NCBI GenBank assembly: GCA_032718475.1
Contig: JAUCBJ010000052.1
Coordinates: forward strand, 76,519 to 140,518
From: Nemertoderma westbladi
Taxonomy: Eukaryota; Animalia; Xenacoelomorpha
Reading direction: 5' to 3'
DNA: 64,000 nt
The position numbers were made by a program, and so were the translations under genes. Below are positions 14,601 to 27,397 of the stretch, piece after piece. Each line of letters starts with the position of its first letter. Within the stretch, counting starts at the first letter, position 1. The notes beneath the pieces are model-generated. The model was not told the DNA's origin and did not search any database. It saw only the letters and a program-made list of their open reading frames with translations.

Positions 14601-17600
14601 GGTGTTGAGTAAGAGAAGGAGCGAGCGCCAAAGGATACTAGGTTGTAATGGGGTATTTTATTAAAAATGACGGGTGCTGAGTAAGAGAAGAAGGAGCGAG
14701 TGCCAAAGGATACTCGATTGTAATGGGGTATTTTTATTAAAAACGACAGGTGCTGAGTAAGAGAAGGAGCGAGTGCCAAAGGATACTAGGTTGTAATGGG
14801 GTATTTTTATTAAAAACGACAGGTGTTAAATAAGAGAAGGAGCGAGTGCCAAAGGATACTAGATTGTAATGGGGTATTTTTATTAAAAATGACGGGTGCT
14901 GAGTAAGAGAAGAAGGAGCGAGTGCCAAAGGATACTAGATTGTAATGGGGTATTTTTATTAAAAACGACAGGTTTTGAGTAAGAGAAGGAGCGAGCGCCA
15001 AAGGATACTAGGTTGTAACGGGGTATTTTTATTAAAAACGACAGGTGTTGAGTAAGAGAAGGAGCGAGCGCCAAAGGATACTAGGTTGTAACGGGGTATT
15101 TTTATTAAAAACGACAGGTGTTGAGTAAGAGAAGGAGCGAGTACCAAAGGATACTAGGTTGTAACGGGGTATTTTTATTAAAAACGACAGGTGTTGAGTA
15201 AGAGAAGGAGCGAGCGCCAAAGGATACTAGGTTGTAACGGAGTATTTTTATTAAAAACGACAGGTGTTGAGTAAGAGAAGGAGCGAGCGCCAAAGGATAC
15301 TAGGTTGTAACGGGGTATTTTTATTAAAAACGACAGGTGTTGAGTAAGAGAAGGAACGAGCACCAAAGGATACTAGGTTGTAACGGGGTATTTTTATTAA
15401 AAACGACAGGTGTTGAGTAAGAGAAGGAGCGAGCGCCAAAGGATACTAGGTTGTAATGGGGTATTTTTATTAAAAACGATAGGTGTTGAGTAAGAGAAGG
15501 AGCGAGTGCCAAAGGAAACTAGGTTGTAACGGGGTATTTTTATTAAAAACGATAGGTGTTGAGTAAGAGAAGGAGAGAGTGCCAAAGGATACTAGGTTGT
15601 AACGGGGTATTTTTAGTAAAAACGATAGGTGTTGAGTAAGAGAAAGAGCGAGTGCCAAAGGATACTAGGTTGTAACGGGGTATTTTTATTAAAAACGATA
15701 GGTGTTGAGTAAGAGAAGGAGCGAGCACCAAAGGATACTAGGTTGTAACGGGGTATTTTTTATTAAAAACGATGGGTGTTGAGTAAGAGAAGGAGTGAGT
15801 GCCAAAGGAAACTAGGTTGTAATGGGGTATTTTTATTAAAAATGACGGGTGCTGAGTAAGAGAAGAAGGAGCGAGTGCCAAAGGATACTAGGTTGTAACG
15901 GGGTATTTTTATTAAAAACGATAGGTGTTGAGTAAGAGAAGGAGCGAGCGCCAAAGGATACTAGGTTGTAACGGGGTATTTTATTAAAAATGACGGGTGC
16001 TGAGTAAGAGAAGAAGGAGCGAGCGCCAAATGATACTAGGTTGTAACGAGGTATTTCTAATAAAAACGACAGGTGCTGAGTAAGAGAAGGAGCGAGCGCC
16101 AAAGGATACTAGGTTGTAACGGGGTATTTTTATTAAAAACGATAGGTGTTGAGTAAGAGAAGGAGCGAGTGCCAAAGGAAACTAGGTTGTAACGGGGTAT
16201 TTTTATTAAAAACGATAGGTGTTGAGTAAGAGAAGGAGAGAGTGCCAAACGATACTAGGTTGTAACGGGGTATTTTTAGTAAAAACGATAGGTGTTGAGT
16301 AAGAGAAGGAGCGAGTGCCAAAGGATACTAGGTTGTAACGGGGTATTTTTATTAAAAACGATAGGTGTTGAGTAAGAGAAGGAGCGAGCACCAAAGGATA
16401 CTAGGTTGTAACGGGGTATTTTTTATTAAAAACGATGGGTGTTGAGTAAGAGAAGGAGTGAGTGCCAAAGGAAACTAGGTTGTAATGGGGTATTTTTATT
16501 AAAAATGACGGGTGCTGAGTAAGAGAAGAAGGAGCGAGTGCCAAAGGATACTAGGTTGTAACGGGGTATTTTATTAAAAATGACGGGTGCTGAGTAAGAG
16601 AAGAAGGAGCGAGTGCCAAAGGATACTAGATTGTAATGGGGTATTTTTATTAAAAACGACAGGTTTTGAGTAAGAGAAGGAGCGAGCGCCAAAGGAAACT
16701 AGGTTGTAACGGGGTATTTTTATTAAAAACGATAGGTGTTCAGTAAGAGAAGGAGCGAGTGCCAAAGGATACTAGGTTGTAACGGGGTATTTTTATTAAA
16801 AACGATAGGTGTTGAGTAAGAGAAGGAGCGAGTGCCAAAGGAAACTAGGTTGTAACGGGGTATTTTATTAAAAACGATGGGTGCTGAGTAAGAGAAGGAG
16901 TGAGTGCCAAAGGAAACTAGGTTGTAACGGGGTATTTTATTAAAAACGATGGGTGCTGAGTAAGAGAAGGAGTGAGTGCCAAAGGAAACTAGGTTGTAAC
17001 GGGGTATTTTTATTAAAAACGATAGGTGTTCAGTAAGAGAAGGAGCGAGTGCCAAAGGATACTAGGTTGTAACGGGGTATTTTTATTAAAAACGATAGGT
17101 GTTGAGTAAGAGAAGGAGCGAGTGCCAAAGGAAACTAGGTTGTAACGGGGTATTTTATTAAAAACGATGGGTGCTGAGTAAGAGAAGGAGTGAGTGCCAA
17201 AGGAAACTAGGTTGTAACGGGGTATTTTATTAAAAACGATGGGTGCTGAGTAAGAGAAGGAGTGAGTGCCAAAGGAAACTAGGTTGTAACGGGGTATTTT
17301 TATTAAAAACGATAGGTGTTGAGTAAGAGAAGGAGCGAGTGCCAAAGGATACTAGGTTGTAACGGGGTATTTTTATTAAAAACGATAGGTGTTGAGTAAG
17401 AGAAGGAGCGAGTGCCAAAGGAAACTAGGTTGTAACGGGGTATTTTTATTAAAAACGATAGGTGTTGAGTAAGAGAAGGAGCGAGCGCCAAAGGATACTA
17501 GGTTGTAATGGGGTATTTTATTAAAAATGACGGGTGCTGAGTAAGAGAAGGAGCGAGTGCCAAAGGAAACTAGGTTGTAACGGGGTATTTTATTAAAAAC

Positions 17601-20427
17601 GATGGGTGCTGAGTAAGAGAAGGAGTGAGTGCCAAAGGAAACTAGGTTGTAACGGGGTATTTTTATTAAAAACGATAGGTGTTGAGTAAGAGAAGGAGCG
17701 AGTGCCAAAGGATACTAGGTTGTAACGGGGTATTTTTATTAAAAACGATAGGTGTTGAGTAAGAGAAGGAGCGAGTGCCAAAGGAAACTAGGTTGTAACG
17801 GGGTATTTTTATTAAAAACGATAGGTGTTGAGTAAGAGAAGGAGCGAGCGCCAAAGGATACTAGGTTGTAATGGGGTATTTTATTAAAAATGACGGGTGC
17901 TGAGTAAGAGAAGAAGGAGCGAGTGCCAAAGGATACTAGATTGTAATGGGGTATTTTTATTAAAAACGACAGGTGCTGAGTAAGAGAAGGAGCGAGTGCC
18001 AAAGGATACTAGGTTGTAATGGGGTATTTTTATTAAAAACGACAGGTGTTAAATAAGAGAAGGAGCGAGTGCCAAAGGATACTAGATTGTAATGGGGTAT
18101 TTTTATTAAAAATGACGGGTGCTGAGTAAGAGAAGAAGGAGCGAGTGCCAAAGGATACTAGATTGTAATGGGGTATTTTTATTAAAAACGACAGGTTTTG
18201 AGTAAGAGAAGGAGCGAGCGCCAAAGGATACTAGGTTGTAACGGGGTATTTTTATTAAAAACGACAGGTGTTGAGTAAGAGAAGGAGCGAGCGCCAAAGG
18301 ATACTAGGTTGTAATGGGGTATTTTTATTAAAAACGACAGGTGTTGAGTAAGAGAAGGAGCGAGTACCAAAGGATACTAGGTTGTAACGGGGTATTTTTA
18401 TTAAAAACGACAGGTGTTGAGTAAGAGAAGGAGCGAGCGCCAAAGGATACTAGGTTGTAACGGGGTATTTTTATTAAAAACGACAGGTGTTAGGTAAGAG
18501 AAGGAGCGAGCGCCAAAGGATACTAGGTTGTAACGGGGTATTTTTATTAAAAACGACAGGTGTTGAGTAAGAGAAGGAGCGAGCACCAAAGGATACTAGG
18601 TTGTAACGGGGTATTTTTATTAAAAACGACAGGTGTTGAGTAAGAGAAGGAGCGAGCGCCAAAGGATACTAGGTTGTAACGGGGTATTTTTATTAAAAAC
18701 GATAGGTGTTGAGTAAGAGAAGGAGCGAGTGCCAAAGGAAACTAGGTTGTAACGGGGTATTTTTATTAAAAACGATAGGTGTTGAGTAAGAGAAGGAGAG
18801 AGTGCCAAAGGATACTAGGTTGTAACGGGGTATTTTTAGTAAAAACGATAGGTGTTGAGTAAGAGAAGGAGCGAGCACCAAAGGATACTAGGTTGTAACG
18901 GGGTATTTTGTATTAAAAACGATGGGTGTTGAGTAAGAGAAGGAGTGAGTGCCAAAGGAAACTAGGTTGTAATGGGGTATTTTTATTAAAAATGACGGGT
19001 GCTGAGTAAGAGAAGAAGGAGCGAGTGCCAAAGGATACTAGGTTGTAACGGGGTATTTTATTAAAAATGACGGGTGCTGAGTAAGAGAAGAAGGAGCGAG
19101 CGCCAAAGGATACTAGGTTGTAACGAGGTATTTCTAATAAAAACGACAGGTGCTGAGTAAGAGAAGGAGCGAGTGCCAAAGGATACTAGATTGTAATGGG
19201 GTATTTTTATTAAAAACGACAGGTGTTGAGTAAGAGAAGGAGCGAGCGCCAAAGGATACTAGGTTGTAACGGGGTATTTTTATTAAAAACGACAGGTGTT
19301 GAGTAAGAGAAGGAGCGAGCGCCAAAGGATACTAGGTTGTAACGGGGTATTTTTATTAAAAACGATAGGTGTTGAGTAAGAGAAGGAGCGAGTGCCAAAG
19401 GAAACTAGGTTGTAACGGGGTATTTTTATTAAAAACGATAGGTGTTGAGTAAGAGAAGGAGCGAGTGCCAAAGGATACTAGATTCTAATGTGGTATTTTT
19501 ATTAAAAACAACAGGTGCTGAGTAAGAGAAGGATCGAGCGCCAAAGGATACTAGGTTGTAATGGGGTATTTTTATTAAAAACGATAGGTGTTGAGTAAGA
19601 GAAGGAGCGAGTGCCAAAGGAAACTAGGTTGTAACGGGGTATTTTTATTAAAAACGATAGGTGTTGAGTAAGAGAAGGAGCGAGTGCCAAAGGATACTAG
19701 GTTGTAACGGGGTATTTTTATTAAAAACGATAGGTGTTGAGTAAGAGAAGGAGCGAGCACCAAAGGATACTAGGTTGTAACGGGGTATTTTTTATTAAAA
19801 ACGATGGGTGCTGAGTAAGAGAAGGAGTGAGTGCCAAAGGAAACTAGGTTGTAACGGGGTATTTTATTAAAAACGATGGGTGCTGAGTAAGAGAAGGAGT
19901 GAGTGCCAAAGGAAACTAGGTTGTAACGGGGTATTTTTATTAAAAACGATAGGTGTTGAGTAAGAGAAGGAGCGAGTGCCAAAGGATACTAGGTTGTAAC
20001 GGGGTATTTTTATTAAAAACGATAGGTGTTGAGTAAGAGAAGGAGCGAGTGCCAAAGGAAACTAGGTTGTAATGGGGTATTTTTATTAAAAACGATAGGT
20101 GTTGAGTAAGAGAAGGAGCGAGTGCCAAAGGAAACTAGGTTGTAACGGGGTATTTTTATTAAAAACGATAGGTGTTGAGTAAGAGAAGGAGCGAGTGCCA
20201 AAGGATACTAGGTTGTAACGGGGTATTTTTATTAAAAACGATAGGTGTTGAGTAAGAGAAGGAGCGAGCACCAAAGGATACTAGGTTGTAACGGGGTATT
20301 TTTTATTAAAAACGATGGGTGCTGAGTAAGAGAAGGAGTGAGTGCCAAAGGAAACTAGGTTGTAACGGGGTATTTTTATTAAAAACGATGGGTGCTGAGT
20401 AAGAGAAGGAGTGAGTGCCAAAGGATA
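2563..20427. repeat. Satellite/minisatellite array, ~73-bp unit, ~240 copies, LINE-derived
   Basis: Uninterrupted head-to-tail copies of TTAAAAACGATAGGTGTTGAGTAAGAGAAGGAGCGAGTGCCAAAGGATACTAGGTTGTAACGGGGTATTTTTA. Length variants of 72, 74 and 76 bp arise from the T-run length and an extra GAA. Confidence 0.99.
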
Positions 20428-20899
20428 ACTATAAGGAAACTATAGTATTATGGTGATGGGGTTTCCCCCATAAAAAAACATATACGTAGTTTAAATCATG
20501 AGTTAAAAATTAATTAAAGTACATTAAAATACTCCGAATTAAAATTATTACTGTAATTGGTCTCAAAAAGGCCGTGCTAATTATGAGATTAAACGAAAAA
20601 GTTAAAAGGGTCAGAAGACTGGTTGTCATTCATGGAATGAAATAAATTATGTGTATTAAAATAAGATGAAATATATATTCGTATTAATAAAAGTGTCGGA
20701 TTTTATGTCGTAAAAATGGCGTATTAAATTTAAAATGAGATGCAATAAAATTTAATGAAATAAAATTTGTATTAATTAATAAAGCAGTATACAATATAAG
20801 TCATTATCTATGGGTATAAATCATCGAGATGAGAGTTAATTTCTACAGTTCATCAAGACGCAGCTGAAGCACACTGACCAGCTACAGTGAATATCACTT

Positions 20900-21290
20900 G
20901 AGTAGGGTTTATGAAATATCTCCAAAATAAGTCGATCAGACGAGATTTAAGTCCTACATTGTTTGTAAAATTCGCTTTGGTAATGCATTTGCAATGTAAG
21001 GTATTCGGAATCAAAAATTTTGTTCTGATTTGCATTTTTTCGGCCGCGCAACATTAGATAAAATCCGATCACTTGAACGAGTATTTTGGTTTGATGGTTT
21101 GTTGAGTTTAAGGTGTTCTTCCCAGTTGATGTCGCATTTCCCAGCGATAATCTTCGACAGCGTCATCAAATCTAGGAGTTGTAGGTAGAGAGAAAGGGGG
21201 AGTATGTTTAAGTGATTTGAGCCGATCTGTGTAGGTCCATTCATTATCTCCTAGTATCCAGATAATGAAACGTCGTAGTAGACTCTTGTA
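20900..21290 (-). mobile_element. Decayed LINE ORF2 C-terminal fragment (CR1/L2/Jockey group)
   Basis: Frameshift-joined minus-strand translation LLRRFIIWILGDNEWTYTDRLKSL/NILPLSLYLQLLDLMTLSKII...NTRS fits the post-RT 'Y..RL..L.ILPL....DL' segment. Confidence 0.6.
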
Positions 21291-21297
21291 GTAGGGG

Positions 21298-21601
21298 TTT
21301 GCACGGCTTTGCGAAAGTTAGACCTCACTGACACCCATTGGGTGTCATATGACACCCTATTATCACCCATAGGGTGTCATTGGGTGTCATTGGCGCCAGA
21401 CTGTCTGGGTGACACCTCCCAATTAGGCTAATTAGACCCTAATTGATAGGTGGCATCAATTAATTAGTACAATTAAACCCTAATAGGTGTCTTACGACTC
21501 CTAATTAGGGTTTAATTGATTATCGTAATTAATCAGAATGATTAGCGCCCTGACACACAATGGGTCATCAGTGAGGTCTAATTGTCGCAAAGCCGTGTAA
21601 A
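21298..21601. mobile_element. MITE with long imperfect terminal inverted repeats
   Basis: TTTGCACGGCTTTGCGAAAGTTAGACCTCACTGA on the left pairs with TCAGTGAGGTCTAATTGTCGCAAAGCCGTGTAAA on the right. The interior is built from GACACCC/GGGTGTC and CCCTAATT/AATTAGG sub-repeats. Confidence 0.7.
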
Positions 21602-22660
21602 GGGTGTCATAAGTGACACCGCGGCTCTTTTATTTATTAATACCTATTTATTTATATTTATATTTAATTATAATTAATTATTTGTATTTAATTTTACTCT
21701 ATTTATTTGTATTTATTTGTTAAATTAATTATTCATTTGTACTTTATTTTAAATTAATTAATTGTATTACTTTTACTTTATACATTGATTTCTATTTTTA
21801 GATTAATTAGTTTTTATATTACTTACCGCTACTAAATGAGATCATTATTGGAAGCATCTAACCATAGACTTGCAGCCTTATTTAGCCCTATGGTATACAG
21901 CTCCCATACTGGTAACTATTTTGGAGTTAATGTTAGCGAAGGGCCTAAACTTAAGACAAGCTATCGCCTAGGTTACCAGTTACGCATGAATGAGCAATTT
22001 ATCGGGGCCCCTCTTAAAATTCTTTGTGCTGCGTCAGGATTGCCTCATTTAAGGAAGCCGCATCCCTATCGATAATCTAATTATGGTATCGCAAACCATT
22101 TTCAGTATACTGTATAATTAAATAGGGTCCTCTTTTAATACATAAGTTATTATATATACAGTTTATCTTCATTTTAATTTGTTTTTATTTACAACCCTAA
22201 TTGTTCTACTGTATTATAATTTATGTTTTATAATAACAAGCTATATCCGGTTAATCCGTATTAATTTTCTTTGTACTGAGGTTATAGAAGGCGCTCTTTC
22301 CAATGGTCCTATTATCAAAACGATCTAACCTACTGTATAATTAATTAATTAATTAAAGTTTTCCTTAAAAACTATGAAGTTATATTGCTTAAGAGTTTTA
22401 AGGGGCGAGCCATGAGGCAAGATGTTTGAGGCTTATTTAGATATATTATTACTTAATTTTGACCCCCCAATCGATATATCTATTACAATATGGGCTATTA
22501 TCTTTTGCAGAGTCATAGAGTATTCTGAAGTTCCCAGTCTGTCGCTAGAGGGCGAAATGTCTCAAAATGGAAACCATATGGTAGCCATGAATTGGTTACT
22601 AGGCAATAATACTGCATTTTGCAACGTTAGACCTATTGCTGACCGAGCGAAAACTGCCCT

Positions 22661-22733
22661 GGTTCATGCAGGGATCGAACCCATGACATACGGGAGATGT
22701 GAATTCAACGCAACCACTACACCAAGGTGGAAC
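22661..22733 (-). mobile_element. tRNA-derived SINE head or tRNA pseudogene
   Basis: Minus strand has a Pol III A box TGGTGTAGTGG and B box GGTTCGATCCC at tRNA spacing, with a GTTC..GAAC acceptor-like stem. There is no clean anticodon arm. Confidence 0.6.
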
Positions 22734-23449
22734 AGTAACCTTCGAATTTGTTCGTTGACGTTCGAATTTGTAAGACTCTCATTTAAGACCTGACACAGAC
22801 TATGCCTCACTGAGGCACTCAGGCATAGACTATGCCTCACTGAGGCATATACTATGACTCTAAACTCTCTAAACGTGATAGGTCATGTTAGACCAACTTG
22901 GTGATGCATAGGTCGGTAGAATCATAGACATTATTTAATATTTGTACACGTTTAATTTCGATAGAGTGGTAGATTTGATTATTATTATTAAATTAAATTA
23001 AATTAAAAGTAAAATTAATTATTAAAATTATAAAATTAAATATTTAAAACATTATACATAATACATATTACTGTATGTATATTTATATATTGAATATGTT
23101 ATATCATTGTATGCTGAAATGTAAGCCTACAACATATTGTGCATGTACGTGCATAAAGTACTGTCCGGTGTTTGTGCGCGATTATCACCAAAATGGGGCA
23201 GCGTTGAAAGAAAATATTTGAAATCATTTACATTATTTCTTATATAAGGTTTTTAGATAAACTTTCACGTTATCACAACCTACTCATCCCCAATTTAATT
23301 TAAAACATATAGAAAAAGGGAGCAGGTTACAAAGTTTTTAACAAAAACCAGAAACAAAACTTTATATCATTTGAGTGAGAGATAACTTCAGAGTTCTCCA
23401 CTATCTGAACTCTACCTAACGAATCATATAAGGTATATAAGGTCTATAA

Positions 23450-23620
23450 GGTAGGTAGCTTCACTGGGGATTTCTGTAAGGTTGGTAGCTTCACAGGGGA
23501 TCTCTCTAAGGTTGGTAGCTTCACAGGGGATCTCTCTAAGGTTGGTAGCTTCACTGGGGATCTCTATAAGGTTGGTAGCTTCACTGGGGATCTCTATAAG
23601 GTTGGTAGCTTGGCTGAGGA
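23450..23620. repeat. 30-bp minisatellite (~5.5 copies)
   Basis: GTTGGTAGCTTCAC(A/T)GGGGATCTCT(C/A)TAAG repeated in tandem. Confidence 0.9.
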
Positions 23621-23631
23621 TATCGTACCGT

Positions 23632-23855
23632 GAACTAAGTTCTTTCGAGCCACAGTGGAAAGTGTACTTTTATACGGGGGTGAGAGATCTTGACACTGAC
23701 TAAATCGCTTGAACAACGAATTGATGGTTGCTACACAAGACTACTAAGGGCAGCCCTAAACATCAGCTGGAGACAACACATGACAAATGCCGAGATTTAT
23801 GGTACAATACCACCTGTATCAACCACCCTCCGTGAACGCAGATTAAGATTAACTC
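23632..23855 (+). mobile_element. RTE-clade LINE RT C-terminal fragment
   Basis: FFRATVESVLLYG...LTLTKSLEQRIDGCYTRLLRAALNISWRQHMTNAEIYG...RERRLRL. Shares DNA (AAGTTCTTTCGAGCCACAGTGGAAAG) with the fragment at 1-648. Confidence 0.85.
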
Positions 23856-25992
23856 TACGAACCTCGTACAACGGTTCTTCCCCGTCTGCCACACATTCGC
23901 ATATCGGACATCCCTACTCGTCCTCCTTCCATCCAAACAGACACTGATCTTCACACTCAGCCGCTACAAAATCATTTTCGCAAGCATCCATACTCTTTCC
24001 TTTCAACGATTCCATTTGTCTTTGTAGTTGATCATCTGAAAAGTATAAAATTATGTTCACAACCTACAATATGGTACAGTAGTAATATAATGTAGGCCTA
24101 TCATCTACATTGGATATTATTGGGGTCGTTTTGATCACGTTCCTTCATATCAAACCATCCCCCGGGTCTCTTCCCTACAGCAGGCTCCCTGATTTATGAC
24201 ACATTGGTAGTTTACAACCTCTATAGAAACAGTTCAGCGTACCCAACAATCTGCTGACAACGTATAAATTTTCTATTGAATTGATAACACAAGCCACAAA
24301 CTATGGCCACAAACTAAGGTTGCCCATAGCGACCAGATTTTTGCAAACTGTTGAACAAGTTTGCAAAAGACGGGGAACCATATCTAAATGGCTAGTTAAG
24401 TTATTCCTTTATTATACACAAACAAAGTTGATTGGATGTCTCTTTATAACACTACGTGCGTGTGGACTTCGCGCAGCACGGACTCAATATGTGTCTTATT
24501 GTTGCAGCACAATTTGTGGACTGACCCCCGAAATGTAGAAGTCTGTCTGTCCGTGTTTAGAATTTCTAAACATTTGATAAACTACATGTGTTCCAAATTT
24601 GGTTCCATTTCTTCTATGATTAACCGACTTATTTGAGTTCAACATTTTCAACGACGATAGAGGGTCCTCTAGTTATATTGCTACGAAAAAAGCTCATTTA
24701 GACAACATGGCTCGCCCTACATATGTACATAGGCCTACGGTTATTTTGGTGCTCGAATGGATTGCGCTACGCATCCATATGTAATGTTTATTTTCATCTA
24801 ACCATAACTAAAGGCCGCTCATTAAAAGTATTAAAATCGGGACTGACTTACCTATGCCGTAACACATCGAAAACAACGCGAATATTATCAACAGCTTCAT
24901 GACTTCACCGACTATAACTCTTTATTTTACTGCGTAATTTTAGCTTCAACTTTATTTTGCAAAAAAATTTGAAAATTTAACAATTTCCATTCATATTATT
25001 TTCTGTCGACAATTTATAGAAAACGTAAATCCATTAAAAATTAACGCCATAAGGCAGACTACCCATCGTAGACTTTTATTGGCGATCAGAAATACAAAAA
25101 CATTATAATATATTTACCCTCCAATTAATATATTAGTGGCCTGATGTTTAATGTAATTGAATTCTCACAATATGAACAGCTGTAAAGTACTACTAGCACT
25201 AGGTCGAGCGAACTCGAACGAAAATAAACTATTATACAGTGTTGTAAAAACCACTGTAACCCCGTATGCCAGGCTCAGGCTGTTAATTAATTATAATAGA
25301 TAGATAGATAGGTAGCGCCTCAAAAGCGCTGTATATTTCAAATCATCTGAATTATTATGATTATACAGTAGATACTGACAGGGACCGACAGAGAAGGCCT
25401 ACTGAAAATACAGATACATTAGGCCTACTGTATAATACAGAAACTTACAAATCACTAGAAGGAAGAAATAACACAATACAGAAACCAACAATAAATATTA
25501 AATCCTATTCGTATGAACCAAAACATACATAATAAATTATGTAAAAGCTTTTGCGGACAAAATAAGTCATTTTGCGCAATGCGCTAAATACTCTAAAAGG
25601 CTTATAATTGTACAACTACGTGTCTGTCAAAAAACCCAGAGTTGGAATGACAAAATCTACCAGCTGTTCCTTTGTGTGAGGAATGCGCTTTGTTGACATA
25701 TATTTCAGCCAATCAGAGCGATCTCCGTTCCTCTGTTATCAGTGGCATGAGAGATGACGCAATGCGGCAGTTTCCGAGAATTCATTTTCATTCAATATTC
25801 ATTCGGACATTCTGACTTTCTGACTTTGCCCTAATATCAGTGGCTTAGAGTCATAAGAACGCAAATCTATTAACGTAACACATACCGTCGACCGACCGAT
25901 CATATTTCACATATTACTTAATTCATACACATTTCACCGCACTGCTTTCTAATATACTGTTTTATACTATTGTTAATTGCTGTTTATATTAA

Positions 25993-27397
25993 CCCTATTA
26001 CCACTGGGGTGTTTAGCAGAACTGGCGGAGGACTGACTGTATTTTTGTAATCATCCAATAAAATCCTACGAAATTTGGGCTGTAGGTGAAAAATTATCGA
26101 AGAACATTTTAAATCCAAAAAAATGAAAATTTCATAAGGTGAGTATAATAATTTTTATGAAAAATAGAAGTAGTCCAAGGACAAAATATAAATTTTTTTT
26201 ATTATTCTAAAAACTGATAGTGTGGCATTGTTGGCTAGCATTAGTAGGTTTTTCACTATGCTGAATCGAATGTGATTATATTCCATTTCAGAAAATTGAA
26301 CTGGATGCTATTTTTCGTGCACCTAAGAAGTGGGCGTGGCACTTAAAATTTTGAAAAATCGGATTTCGGAAAAAGCCCCCATCTGTTGATTTCAACGCGT
26401 TTTTATAGGTTTTCTGGACCGCTGAATCGATTGAAAATATTTTCGAAGCCTGAAGACTTAGTGGATCGTCCTTTTTGGAGCACCAAAATTAAGGTGTGGC
26501 ACTTCAAATATTGAAAAATACGAGATTCGGAAAATAAACCAAAGTTGAGATTTCAACGCACATTTATAGGTTTTCTGGACCGCTGAATCAATTGAAAGTA
26601 TTATAGAAGCCTGAAGACTTAGTGGTTCGGCATTTTTGGTGCACCAAAATTAGGGAGTGGCACTTATTCAAATTTTGAAAAAGCACCACGCCCTAATTTT
26701 GGTGTACCAATAATGACATACCACTAAGACTTGAGGCTTCAATATTACTTTCAATCGATTCAGCGGTAGAGATAACCTATAAAAATTGGTTGAAATGAAA
26801 AACTTGTGGTATTTTCTGAATATCGTAATTTTGAAAATTTGAAGTAAGCCTACTTGCCACGCCCTAATTTTGGTGCACCAAAAATGATATACCACTAAGA
26901 ATTGAGTCTTCTATGTTACTTTCAATCGATTAAGCGGGCCAGAAAACGCATAAAAATACATTGAAATCAAAACTTCGGAGCATCTAACGAATATTGCAAT
27001 TTTGAAAATTTGAAGTGCCACGCCCTAATTTTAGTGCACCAAAAATGACCTACCACTTCCCTTACATACTTATATAGAGTAGTAGAGTGCTCCATACGAA
27101 TCAGAATCAATAAAAAAAAGCCCCAACATAAAGAATTACTAACTCACAAATGACCTTATAAAATTCGAAAATTTCAAAAACATTTCTGCTGGGGACCAAA
27201 TTTTGAGGTGGCACCCACATCAAAAAGTTGAAATCTAATTGCAACGCCGTTTTTTGCAAAAGATGCGCCATTAAATTTGGCTAATTCTCGTAAAAAATTG
27301 GGCTGGTACATAATGTGGTTGCATAGATACAGCAATTAAAATCTAGGAAGGGGCCGATTCGCCCCCCCCCCCCCCCCCCCCAGTAGTGGTAATAGGG
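25993..27397. mobile_element. Non-autonomous piggyBac-like DNA transposon
   Basis: TTAA on both sides (25989-25992 and 27398-27401), 13-bp TIR CCCTATTACCACT / AGTGGTAATAGGG, and internal ~180-bp sub-repeats in direct and inverted orientation. Absent from the paralogous repeat at ~33800. Confidence 0.9.

Noticed and set aside
2564-20274. ~200 short minus-strand ORFs (MALAPSLTQHLSF...) as a peptide gene family
   Set aside because: They result from a 73-bp period cycling through frames. They start at non-ATG codons (TTG), overlap each other and hit the same TAA every third unit; longer ones just reflect 72-bp units.
2563-20427. CRISPR-like or variable-cassette array
   Set aside because: There are no unique spacers, only point variants of a continuous monomer. 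No cas genes are present, and the context is eukaryotic TE DNA.
22661-22733. Functional tRNA gene
   Set aside because: A and B boxes are present, but the D and anticodon arms do not pair convincingly; treated as a SINE head or pseudogene. The same applies to 47523-47609.
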